The notes beneath the pieces are model-generated. The model had not been told where the DNA came from and did not search any database. It worked only from the letters and a program-made list of their open reading frames with translations. From Schmidtea polychroa (Eukaryota), in NCBI GenBank assembly GCA_044892525.1, contig CM097885.1, positions 26,290,001 through 26,354,000 on the forward strand: DNA of 64,000 nucleotides, read 5' to 3'. Shown piece after piece: positions 28,298 through 37,369 of the stretch (its first letter is position 1; every line of letters starts with the position of its first letter). A program made the translations under genes and the position numbers.

Positions 28298-28999
28298 AGA
28301 AGTAGTGTGGTTATATACCCAACCAAAACAGCCCCCCAACAAAAACATGCCTCCAAATCACTTAAGCTATTAGAAAAACAACCTAAAACTTATACTTTTA
28401 TAGTATTTTAACCCTATATTTTGAAAACAACCACCCTTAATGACTCTAACTGTTGTAATCTTTAAAGCCTCAAACTCAAAAGCTTCAAAATAAAAAGAGA
28501 ATAGAAAAGAAAATGGCATTATGAAAAAGTTAGAGGGCTATTTGATCTTTATCAGATTATTGATTTTAAATTATATAAATTAAAAAATAAATGAAAAATA
28601 GTAAAACTGCTCTGAGGGGACAGTGGTATTTTTTTTTTCACTGTCCCCTCAACAGTTTTTTTTGATCCGGATCATTTTTTTTATTTATCAACCTCTTTCG
28701 TTTATCGAATCTCTTCCAATATACAAGCTGGCCAGACTCATACATCAGAATCAATCCTATAATAGCAGCACACCTTATTATTCGCTTCTCGCTCGAATAC
28801 GATTTCATCGGCGTTTTAAGTGTGCTGCTCGAAAGTACAAATGAATTCGAAAGCGAATCCGAAAGAGGTCCGAAAACAACTGAGAAATAAATGTGCACAT
28901 TACCGGAATCGATCCGGGGGTGTTCGAAAGACAGGTGGCGATAATTACCGGTTCGCCACCATCACCCGTTTCAATATTTTTTTTTTCATATTTATGTTT

Positions 29000-29232
29000 A
29001 AAAAATAAAATAATAAATAAAAAAATAAAATAAAATAAATAAAATAAAATATACAAGTACTTTATAAATATAAGATACCCACACTATTTTCAATATTATT
29101 TTCAAATTTTTAATATTATTTTATGTTGAAAAAAAACTAACCTCAGATGTGATTTGAACCACTATCCATTTGAACCACTGTGCCAGTCTATTCCCACTGC
29201 GCCATCAAGGTTTGAATTTTTGTCATTTTTTA
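29000..29232 (+). repeat. Inner part of left terminal inverted repeat
   Basis: Reverse complement of 42426-42628 with several mismatches and a ~20-bp indel. Confidence 0.9.
29138..29212 (-). ncRNA. tRNA-like Pol III unit 1 (in left TIR)
   Basis: AACCTTGA-TGGCGCAGTGG(A box)-GAATAGACTGGCACAGTGGTTCAAATGGATAGT-GGTTCAAATC(B box)-ACATCTGAGGTTA, then G and a T-run; AACCTT/GAGGTT terminal stem. Confidence 0.55.
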
Positions 29233-29458
29233 GACTATAAATAATCGATTCAAGTTCTTTAACTCTTCCTTGTAATTGTTTCATTTTCTTCAATCTTATA
29301 TCAGCAACATCGACAGCCTTCATATAAAAATGTCGATACTTTTCATTATCTACTATCAACTCTTTGATGTATTCTAATGGTTCTTCTTCTCTTCTTTTCA
29401 TTCTCTTATGTTTAACTTCATTCAATTCATTTCTCATTCTTTCTTTTAACTCATCCAT
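29162..29458 (-). CDS. Polinton 98-aa coiled-coil hypothetical protein
   Basis: TATAAAAATG start context, charged helical sequence; 3' end runs into tRNA-like unit 1. Confidence 0.5.
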   Translation of the reverse strand: MDELKERMRNELNEVKHKRMKRREEEPLEYIKELIVDNEKYRHFYMKAVDVADIRLKKMKQLQGRVKELESIIYSLKNDKNSNLDGAVGIDWHSGSNG

Positions 29459-29623
29459 TTTTATAAATATTTTTTTTATTGGATATATTTATTTTTGGTA
29501 GTTAAAACGTTTTTGATCTTAAATTTCCAAGAGTTGCCGTTGACCAATCTCCTTAAAAATTTGTACAAGTACTAAATCGAGTATGCTGATCAATATTTCG
29601 TTAAAAATAAATTTGAAAAAAAA

Positions 29624-29696
29624 TGACCGAAATGGGATTTGAACCCATTGGTATTGGCAATGCAGTCGAGTGCTATTACCACTAAGCTATTAGAGC
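29624..29696 (-). ncRNA. tRNA-Cys(GCA)-like Pol III unit 2 (73 nt; not a canonical cloverleaf)
   Basis: GCTCTAA TA GCT TAGTGGTAAT AGC A CTCGA CTGCATT GCCAA TACCA ATGGG TTCAAAT CCCAT TTCGGTC A + T8. Perfect T-arm, D-arm and GCA at the anticodon position; acceptor and anticodon stems are mispaired. Confidence 0.65.
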
Positions 29697-29865
29697 TATA
29701 CTCAATATAAAATAAGTTGTTAATGTGTGACTATTTATTGATGAAATTAATAATTAATTATTCATTTTCTCGACAACTACCACTCAGATCCATCTGAAAA
29801 TTTAAATATATACTAAAATCAGTACGCTGAATCAGATTCCGTTGAAAAAAAATATCGAAAAAAAT

Positions 29866-29939
29866 TGACCAAAATCGAAAATTGAACCCGGTACTCCCGG
29901 TGATAAAATTGAAGCCTATTCCCACTCCGCTATAATGGC
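29866..29939 (-). ncRNA. tRNA-like Pol III unit 3
   Basis: A box TAGCGGAGTGG, B-box-like GGTTCAATT; ends GGTCA + A + T-run like unit 2; shares AGTGGGAATAG with unit 1. Confidence 0.5.
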
Positions 29940-29995
29940 TTACATAATATATTTAATTAATCCTATTTTGTGTGTGTAAATTTTAATATATAAAA

Positions 29996-31288
29996 ATGAA
30001 TAATATAAATCTTAAAATTCAAGAAAAAAATAAATTAAATCTTGATTATAATAAAGAATTTACTCATGAAATCAAGAAAAATGATGTACTTAAAATATCC
30101 CCTACGTCAGGATCGATTGCAAACTTAAATCGTAGGGGTGATATAGTTTTTCAATCTCTTCAAACATCAAACCCTATAGATATTTGTAATGCCAAATTAT
30201 ATTATAAAATCGAATTAGAAATTGAAGCAAACAAAGATATAACCCTAGAAAATAATTTCTTTCCAAATTTATTCTCCAACATGAGATTAAAACTAGGATC
30301 ATCAGAAATTGAAACTGTTTTGCATCCGGGAGTATATTCTACAATGTTAAATTTTATTTTGACTGGTTGTGATTATAAAAACGAATATGGTGAATTAACA
30401 GGTTGGATTCCTGATGTTAATAAAGGGGATTTAGATAAAGATGGTTTAGATGTAAACCATGGTTACCATAAAAGAGCTGAACTTTATAAATCTAAAAAAT
30501 TTGAAGGTTATTTTGAATTAAAACACTTATTTGGATTCCTTCAAAACTATAATCGTATACTTCATAATGTTTTTATAGAATTCATCTGTAATAGAGTAGA
30601 AGGTGATAAAAGATTGTTCTATGGAGCTGTAGATACAAAAGCTAAATTAAAATTATCAACACTTGAATTACATATACCTGAATGGACATTAAACCCACAT
30701 TCTGAGATTAAACTCCTTGAAAGATTAAATTCCAACAAGTCTATAAATGTAAATTATTTAAATAGAATCTGTAGTGAATTTAGTATGACAGAGGGTTCAA
30801 CATATTCAATAAAGGTAGCAAATTTAGCATACCGACCAAGATATATCTTAATTGGATTCAAAGAAGTAGATTCATCTTTCCAAAAAAATAACAACTTGTT
30901 TATTCAAAAGATTGGAGTTGATAATTTAAAAACAATCCAAATTCAATTAAATAGTTCTTATTATCCAATAAATAGAATGGAATTTAATATTGAAAATAAT
31001 GAAAACATATTCCCATATCTAAATTATATTGAAACATGTTATGATTTCAAAGTTGAACCGCAATTAAGTTTAGAAGATTTCAAAAATTTATATTCTATAT
31101 TTTGTATAAATGTTTCAGACCAAGATGATCGCCTAGCCATAAATAATGTTGATGTTACACTTCATGTAACAAAGGATTCTAATTTTAAAGCTAAAGTATA
31201 TACATTAATATTAGAAGAAAAGAAAATAGAAATGAAATTATATGGTGGAAAGATTTCAATAATCGAAAATGTTAGGGGAGATTCTTGA
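29996..31288 (+). CDS. Polinton major capsid protein (double jelly-roll, PY/hexon-like)
   Basis: 430 aa, beta-rich; motifs NNFFPNLFS, LKHLFGF, RPRYILIGF, YYP, LSLEDFKNLYSIFCINVS typical of Polinton MCP; genomic context. Confidence 0.85.
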   Translation: MNNINLKIQEKNKLNLDYNKEFTHEIKKNDVLKISPTSGSIANLNRRGDIVFQSLQTSNPIDICNAKLYYKIELEIEANKDITLENNFFPNLFSNMRLKLGSSEIETVLHPGVYSTMLNFILTGCDYKNEYGELTGWIPDVNKGDLDKDGLDVNHGYHKRAELYKSKKFEGYFELKHLFGFLQNYNRILHNVFIEFICNRVEGDKRLFYGAVDTKAKLKLSTLELHIPEWTLNPHSEIKLLERLNSNKSINVNYLNRICSEFSMTEGSTYSIKVANLAYRPRYILIGFKEVDSSFQKNNNLFIQKIGVDNLKTIQIQLNSSYYPINRMEFNIENNENIFPYLNYIETCYDFKVEPQLSLEDFKNLYSIFCINVSDQDDRLAINNVDVTLHVTKDSNFKAKVYTLILEEKKIEMKLYGGKISIIENVRGDS

Positions 31289-31317
31289 TATAATCCCTGA
31301 TATTTTAACATTTTAAA

Positions 31318-32727
31318 ATGTCTCTAAATAAATATTGGAGATGTGAAAGTTGTAATTGTCAAGTTACAAGACATCATAAAGCAAGTCATTTAAAAACTAA
31401 AAAACATACAGGAGGTGATCTAATTCCACGAGCTGGAGGCGATTTGCAATCTTCAAAAACAACATCTTCAATATTAAAACCTTTTACTACAGAAAAATAT
31501 CCAGGTGAAAGACATTTATTTAAACACAACTATACTGGACCAGGAACACGTCTAGATATTAGATTAGATGAAAATAATAATCCCAAACAAGGAGAAGAAC
31601 CAATAAATAGAATTGATCAAGCAGCTTTAAAACATGACATTGCATACAATTCAACAAATCTTAGAGATAGACATGTTGCAGATGTGAATTTAATACATGA
31701 TTTAAATAGTATCCAAAATCCATCAACCCAAGAAAAGATTCAAAGAGCTCTAGTTAAATTAGCAATGAAAGGTAAGATTTTCATAGGCTTAGGACACAGT
31801 CCGATCACCATGGGTGCAAGACTTCCTAGGAAAGCAAAAGATGTTGCTTATAAAAAGATTATCGAACAAGCAGAGATTGAAAGATCCCTCGAGAGTACAG
31901 CCAAGACTAGTTTACAAACCCCAACAGAATCAGAAATAAAATATGCAAAGGAATTACACCATGAATTTAGAAAAAATAAAAAATATTTAAAAGTTCAAGT
32001 ACATGAAAAAGATCAAACATTGTCTGCAGATTTAGTCTTTATGCCCAAATCATCAGACCCTGAAAAATATAAAATAATTTTAACTGTAATAGATTTATAT
32101 ACAAGATTTGCTTTTGCAAGATGTTTAGAAAATAAAACAGGATATTCTATTACAGAAGCATTTGAAAATATATTTGAAGAAAATCAAAGAATTCCAAAAT
32201 ATTTATGGTGTGATAAAGGAACAGAATTTTATAACAAAGTTTTTACAAAGTTTTTAAATGAAAATGATATTAAATTATATTCAACAGAAAACGAAGGAAA
32301 AGCAGTCGTAGTTGAAAGATTAAATAGAACATTAAAAAATAAAATGTGGAAATATTTTACTACTATTGGAAAACAAAAATGGAACAATGAATTGTTACAA
32401 AAGATTGTAAATGAATATAATAATGATGTACATAGTTCTATAAAATTAACACCTTTAAATGCTTCCATGAAGCCTGAAACCATTAAAGTGGTAAATATTG
32501 AAAATGATGTTATTGAAAAACCAAAGTTTAAAATTGGTGACCGAGTAAGAATATTTAAATATAAAAATAAATTTGAAAAAGGATTCACAGCAAAATGGAC
32601 AAATGAAATTTTTATTATAAATAAAATACATTATACAAATCCAATAACATATACCATCTTTGATTTAAATAATGAAAAAATATTAGGTAGATTTTATAAT
32701 AATGAACTACAGAAAACAGATTTTTAA
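31318..32727 (+). CDS. Retroviral-like (rve) integrase with N-terminal C2H2 Zn finger and parvovirus-type phospholipase A2 domain
   Basis: Zn finger CESC..HLKTKKH. PLA2 NYTGPGT...PINRIDQAALKHDIAY...RHVAD. Integrase ADLVFM, VIDLYTRF, WCDKGTEF, VERLNRTLK (DDE). C-terminal KFKIGDRVRI. Confidence 0.93.
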   Translation: MSLNKYWRCESCNCQVTRHHKASHLKTKKHTGGDLIPRAGGDLQSSKTTSSILKPFTTEKYPGERHLFKHNYTGPGTRLDIRLDENNNPKQGEEPINRIDQAALKHDIAYNSTNLRDRHVADVNLIHDLNSIQNPSTQEKIQRALVKLAMKGKIFIGLGHSPITMGARLPRKAKDVAYKKIIEQAEIERSLESTAKTSLQTPTESEIKYAKELHHEFRKNKKYLKVQVHEKDQTLSADLVFMPKSSDPEKYKIILTVIDLYTRFAFARCLENKTGYSITEAFENIFEENQRIPKYLWCDKGTEFYNKVFTKFLNENDIKLYSTENEGKAVVVERLNRTLKNKMWKYFTTIGKQKWNNELLQKIVNEYNNDVHSSIKLTPLNASMKPETIKVVNIENDVIEKPKFKIGDRVRIFKYKNKFEKGFTAKWTNEIFIINKIHYTNPITYTIFDLNNEKILGRFYNNELQKTDF

Positions 32728-33528
32728 GTCGACAAGCCCTAAAAAAACTTTTCCATATTTCAGCTTCTTCTCTATCCAAATAAATATAATTATATTTTTT
32801 TTCCAATGATTATCAACAAACATATCAAACATATTCTTATCAGGTTCAACATTTGAAAATAAATCATTATAAATCATATTCTTATCACGGCGATCTAATT
32901 TAAAAAATATAAAACAATTGGAATTATTTCTTATTGAATTTTTATCTAAAGCATAATATGTTTGAGATATATAAATAACATTACAATTATTATGTCGACC
33001 TCGTGTAAAGTAACTCTTTTGAATCTCTTGATTTTTCATATTAACAACATCATCAAATATAACTAGATTCTTTTTATCTTTAGGAAGTAAATCACAATGT
33101 AAAACATCTTCAGGTTTATTAGAGAATAAAACTTGAATTGCCTCCTGCCCTTCTTCACAAATATAATCATTTTTATTACTAATATCTGATTCTAAAATCT
33201 TTTCCTTATACCAATCAACCATATCACAAGGTTGAAAAACTTCTTCAGGACACCTATGTTGATTTTTAAAAATATCAATTATTGCTTTTTTAGTTAATTT
33301 ATTTTCAAATCCACATTTCAAAAGTTGTAATTCTGGTTGATTTATGGTTGTAGAATAAAAGATTAAATTATTATAATCTAAAAAATCATCTTCAAGTAAC
33401 ATTCTCAAAACAAGTACATTCTTTCCACATCCAGAAGAACCAACAATTAATAATCTAAAATTATCAGGAAATACTTTATTATTAAATTTACTCTTATGTC
33501 TATTTAAAATTGGTTTCCAAATATCCAT
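32707..33528 (-). CDS. A32/FtsK-like genome-packaging ATPase
   Basis: Walker A LLIVGSSGCGKN, Walker B LVIFDD, FTRGRHNN, YISQ, IRNN; likely start ATG 33528 (MDIWKP). Confidence 0.92.
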   Translation of the reverse strand: MDIWKPILNRHKSKFNNKVFPDNFRLLIVGSSGCGKNVLVLRMLLEDDFLDYNNLIFYSTTINQPELQLLKCGFENKLTKKAIIDIFKNQHRCPEEVFQPCDMVDWYKEKILESDISNKNDYICEEGQEAIQVLFSNKPEDVLHCDLLPKDKKNLVIFDDVVNMKNQEIQKSYFTRGRHNNCNVIYISQTYYALDKNSIRNNSNCFIFFKLDRRDKNMIYNDLFSNVEPDKNMFDMFVDNHWKKNIIIFIWIEKKLKYGKVFLGLVDLKICFL

Positions 33529-33543
33529 TTTGTTTATTATAAA

Positions 33544-34122
33544 ATGACAACTGAAGAATCTTTGCAAGAATTAATAAATTCAAATAAAAATAAATCAGTA
33601 GTAATTGATGGTAAAAAATATTCTATTGGAAAACATGTAAAAGAACAAGTTAGAGCGAAGCTCCACGAAGCTAAAGAAGGTGGCATTCTTCCATTAGCTG
33701 CTTTAATACCTGCAATCATTGCTGGTTTATCAGGTGCTGCTGGAATAGCTGGAGGAATTGCAACTACAGTTCAAAAAGCTAAAGAATCTCAAAAGACAGA
33801 CCTAGAAAAAGAAAAACTACAAACTGAAATCGATTCAATGAAGAAGGTAGGGCAAGCTAAAGGGGGAGTGTCCGTTGGAAAGGGTCTCTATCTTAATCCA
33901 TATGAGGGGAGTCGGCAAAAGTCTCAGGGCAAAGGTCTCTATCTTGATCCTTATAAAGGTAGAGGTTTAAATGATTTTTTAAAAAATCAAATTTCTACAT
34001 CTGAATCTTTATCTTCAAAAGATAAAGAAGATTTAAAAAAAATATGTAAATCTTTAAAGAATGGATGCCTTTGTAAAACTAAAAATGGTAAAGGATTATA
34101 CTTGAAGCCCTTCGAACTATGA
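33544..34122 (+). CDS. Virion core/membrane-active protein, adenovirus pX-like
   Basis: EGGILPLAALIPAIIAGLSGAAGIAGG resembles the hydrophobic C-terminal part of adenovirus pX; four G(K/R)GL motifs. Confidence 0.65.
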   Translation: MTTEESLQELINSNKNKSVVIDGKKYSIGKHVKEQVRAKLHEAKEGGILPLAALIPAIIAGLSGAAGIAGGIATTVQKAKESQKTDLEKEKLQTEIDSMKKVGQAKGGVSVGKGLYLNPYEGSRQKSQGKGLYLDPYKGRGLNDFLKNQISTSESLSSKDKEDLKKICKSLKNGCLCKTKNGKGLYLKPFEL

Positions 34123-34144
34123 TACCATTTTTGATACCATTAAA

Positions 34145-35026
34145 ATGGTATATGAAGAAAGATTAGCACTTTTAAAAAAATTACAATCAGAACAAGATAA
34201 ATATAATAAAAAAGATACAACTCAACATGCTGAATCTATAATATTAAATGAGGTAATAACACAACAACAGGGGCCAACAATTAAAGCTATAAAAGAGTTG
34301 GAAGATTTCAATGAGCAAGCAAAATTTAAAGAGTTACAAGATAAAAAACAAAAAATAAAAGAACTAGAGTGGCAGGATAAAGAAAAAGAATCCAGTGAAA
34401 ACCATCCTGAAAGAAATCAAAGAAAACGCAGAAGAATTTCTAATGTGGAAGAAGAAGAAATGTTTTTAAAAACAAAAGCTCTTAAAGTTGATCCTAAAAT
34501 TAGAGATGATTTACCTCCTTCAATTAGACCCACATTTAATACTAATACTGAAGGATATCAAATAATAACAATTAATAAACAAAACTTTACTTTATATTCA
34601 AATTCAGAAAATAAATCACGTATTCATTCACAAAATGTTTATAATAATGAATATTTAGACTTTGAATTTACAGATGATTTTTATAGATTACTTTGTGGAT
34701 ATTCTTCAGATGATGTTGAAGAAATTAAAAAATATTTAAATTTAATAAGATTAATAAGAGCTAGTTCTAAAGCAAAATATATTCAAGATTTAAAGAATTA
34801 TTTAAATAAAAATGAAAAGGGTTATGTTGTTACAGAGGGAGAGGGATTAATTAGTGAAGGTGGTAAACCAAATCCCATCAATCTTTTTATTGAATTAAGA
34901 AAACTATTAGCTGCAAGGAAAGCAGGACATAATAATTTAGATTCTGATATTTTAAAGATTTCTAAAGATTTGTTAAAACAAGGAATAATTTCAAAAGATA
35001 AATTTAATAAGTATACGAAGTTATAA
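34145..35026 (+). CDS. Polinton PZ-like conserved protein
   Basis: C-terminal GEGL...NPINLFIELRKLLAARKAGHNNL...DLLKQGII matches the recurrent Polinton helical C-terminal motif; NLS-like RKRRR. Confidence 0.7.
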   Translation: MVYEERLALLKKLQSEQDKYNKKDTTQHAESIILNEVITQQQGPTIKAIKELEDFNEQAKFKELQDKKQKIKELEWQDKEKESSENHPERNQRKRRRISNVEEEEMFLKTKALKVDPKIRDDLPPSIRPTFNTNTEGYQIITINKQNFTLYSNSENKSRIHSQNVYNNEYLDFEFTDDFYRLLCGYSSDDVEEIKKYLNLIRLIRASSKAKYIQDLKNYLNKNEKGYVVTEGEGLISEGGKPNPINLFIELRKLLAARKAGHNNLDSDILKISKDLLKQGIISKDKFNKYTKL

Positions 35027-35048
35027 ATACGAAGTTTTAAAATACATA

Positions 35049-35513
35049 ATGACTCCTTCAATATTAGATTTTTTAAAAACATTTGGAATAAATGCAAAAA
35101 CAAATTTTGATTTAAAAGATTATGCAAATTATTTAAATTTAAAAATTAAAATATTAATGAATGATGAATTATCAAGTCTGGAGAGTCCCCTGAATATAAT
35201 AATCAATTATCAAAATTCAAATGAAAAAGGATCTCATTGGGTTTGTATATATAAGAAATCTATCTACTTTGATTCTTTTGGGATTAAACCTACTAAAGAA
35301 GTTGAAGATTATCTCTTGAGGGGTTCTCCGATTGATTTCCCAAATGGTTATACTTTTAACTCTTTACAAGTTCAACCTTTGAATACTAAAATATGTGGTA
35401 TTTTAAGTTTATATGTTTTGTATAGATTGAATAAGGGAGAGGGAAAGGGGCATACGCAGGATTTTGAATCTATAATTCAAGAAATTTATAATGATCTAGA
35501 ATCTCTACTATAA
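35049..35513 (+). CDS. Adenain-like cysteine maturation protease
   Basis: GSHWV (His), YFDSFG (Asp), QVQ...ICG (Gln/Cys). Confidence 0.93.
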   Translation: MTPSILDFLKTFGINAKTNFDLKDYANYLNLKIKILMNDELSSLESPLNIIINYQNSNEKGSHWVCIYKKSIYFDSFGIKPTKEVEDYLLRGSPIDFPNGYTFNSLQVQPLNTKICGILSLYVLYRLNKGEGKGHTQDFESIIQEIYNDLESLL

Positions 35514-35561
35514 GGATTTTTACTATAAGGATTTTTACTATATGAATTTACTACTAAAGAA

Positions 35562-36326
35562 ATGGAGCTTCACAACCCTCCGGAAGATAATTTAAAAAAA
35601 ATGGTAAACATAATGTCAGATAAATATTCAAGAACTTTATCTATAAATTCAAAAGAATCAGACTTTACTATAAACTTTCAAGATTCAATTAAATTAGATC
35701 AAAATTTAAATTATGAATTGGGGCTATTATGGTTTTGTGCTTATAATACTATTTTTAATATAACTAAAGATAATAATAAATTTACTATTCAAACTCGTGA
35801 TGGGCATAAACCAGAAATTATAACAATAGAACCTGGGGCATATGAGATAAAAGATTTAAATGATATACTTTCTAAAAAAACAAATGAAGGTATTAAAATT
35901 AAAATGGATATACCAACTTCAAAATGTGTAATGACTTTGAAGAATATAAAAATTAGTTTTTTAGATAATTGTTTCTTTCACACAGTTTTAGGATTTAAAC
36001 CTATGGATATAACAATAAAAGAAGATAAAATAATAACATCAGAACATATTATAAAAATAATAAATACAAACACAATAAATATTCATTGCGATTGTATAAC
36101 AGGTTCTTATAATAATGGTAAACAAACAAATGTTTTATATTCCTTTCCCTCAAACACAGTTCCTATGGGATATAAAATAGTTGAAAGAATGAATCCTCCA
36201 AATTATTTACCTTTATGTAGAAAATATATAATGGATATTAATTTTAAAATTCTTAATCAAGAAGGAGAATTGATTGATTTTAATGGAGAAGAGATTTCAA
36301 TGTATTTACATTTGAAACAGGTTTGA
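35562..36326 (+). CDS. Minor capsid protein (penton, PX-like)
   Basis: YELGL, YNTIFNIT..NN, IEPGAYEI, LGF, INIHCDCITGSY.NG, LYSF, YLPL, IDFNGEEI...LHLK. Confidence 0.85.
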   Translation: MELHNPPEDNLKKMVNIMSDKYSRTLSINSKESDFTINFQDSIKLDQNLNYELGLLWFCAYNTIFNITKDNNKFTIQTRDGHKPEIITIEPGAYEIKDLNDILSKKTNEGIKIKMDIPTSKCVMTLKNIKISFLDNCFFHTVLGFKPMDITIKEDKIITSEHIIKIINTNTINIHCDCITGSYNNGKQTNVLYSFPSNTVPMGYKIVERMNPPNYLPLCRKYIMDINFKILNQEGELIDFNGEEISMYLHLKQV

Positions 36327-36350
36327 AGATTCATTTTAAATTATTAATAA

Positions 36351-37361
36351 ATGAGTTCTTATATTCCATGTAATAGAGGTGGTGGAACAATAAAAACAGG
36401 GTTTAATACAGAAGAAATATTAACTTTAACAGAAAATAAATATATTAATGAAAGAGGTGATTCAATGAAGGGTGATTTAATTTTAAATGGACACAAGATA
36501 AAAGAATTATCTTTTCCAACTGATGAAGCTGATGCAGTTAATAAGAAATATGTAGATGGTGTTAAAAAATATACTGATTTAACAACAACAAGAATTGAAA
36601 GTTCATTAACAACAAAAATTGATTCAATGGAATCAAAGCTTAATAATATCGAACAACGATTTAATGATAAATTTGACAAGTTACAAAGTCTGTTAACTGA
36701 ACAAGTTGTAAAGTTAAATACTGCTATATTAAATTCTAAAGATAAACAAATTATGAATACTAAATTTAATACAATATATAAAATAATAAATGAGATGATT
36801 ACATCATTTAATAAAAGAATTTCAAATTTAGAGTCTCATGGAACACACATTAACACCACACATAGTATTAGAAAAAGAGCTGCTGAATTAGAACAGAATA
36901 AAACATTATTACCCCATACATATAAACATTTTATAGAACCAAGTTTAATAACAACAAACAGTAAAGAATGGGGTGTTTTTATGGTTGTAAAAATTATTGA
37001 TCCTTATTTCTTTTTGTTTGATGATGATAATGAAAGAATGAAATGGTTTGTGAAATGTGATTATAATAGTAAGCTTGAAAAGGGTGATGTTATAATGACT
37101 AGTTATGATTTACCACACGGAGATTGGTATGTTAATACTCATTCACATGGACTACATAAAGTTAAAAGTAAGAATATTCATTTTTCTAGTTCACTTGTAC
37201 AATATATAGATTTAATATTTTATGAAAAAAAGGTTGATGTTGATGAAGTTCGTAAAGCATTGATGGAATTGTATAAAGATATCCTCTCAACAAGAGTTTC
37301 TTTTGATATCCGAGTATTGGTGCCAGATGGTGCTCAGAAGAATAAAGTCTTATTTTTTTAA
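36351..37361 (+). CDS. Putative fibre/spike-like protein
   Basis: GDSMKGDLILNGHKIKEL..PT...DAVNKKYVD fibre-type motif, long coiled coil, RKR site, C-terminal globular domain. Confidence 0.6.
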   Translation: MSSYIPCNRGGGTIKTGFNTEEILTLTENKYINERGDSMKGDLILNGHKIKELSFPTDEADAVNKKYVDGVKKYTDLTTTRIESSLTTKIDSMESKLNNIEQRFNDKFDKLQSLLTEQVVKLNTAILNSKDKQIMNTKFNTIYKIINEMITSFNKRISNLESHGTHINTTHSIRKRAAELEQNKTLLPHTYKHFIEPSLITTNSKEWGVFMVVKIIDPYFFLFDDDNERMKWFVKCDYNSKLEKGDVIMTSYDLPHGDWYVNTHSHGLHKVKSKNIHFSSSLVQYIDLIFYEKKVDVDEVRKALMELYKDILSTRVSFDIRVLVPDGAQKNKVLFF

Positions 37362-37369
37362 TTATTAAA

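Noticed and set aside
28690..28760. Hammerhead ribozyme (CTGATG...CGAAA on minus strand)
   Set aside because: Core reads CTGATGT rather than CTGANGA, and I could not build the flanking stems
28623..29056. Four overlapping short ORFs in the Polinton left end
   Set aside because: Mostly non-ATG starts, overlapping on both strands, low complexity; better explained by a structured GC-rich non-coding island
29624..29696. Functional tRNA-Cys gene
   Set aside because: Anticodon stem and two acceptor pairs do not form; reported as tRNA-like ncRNA instead
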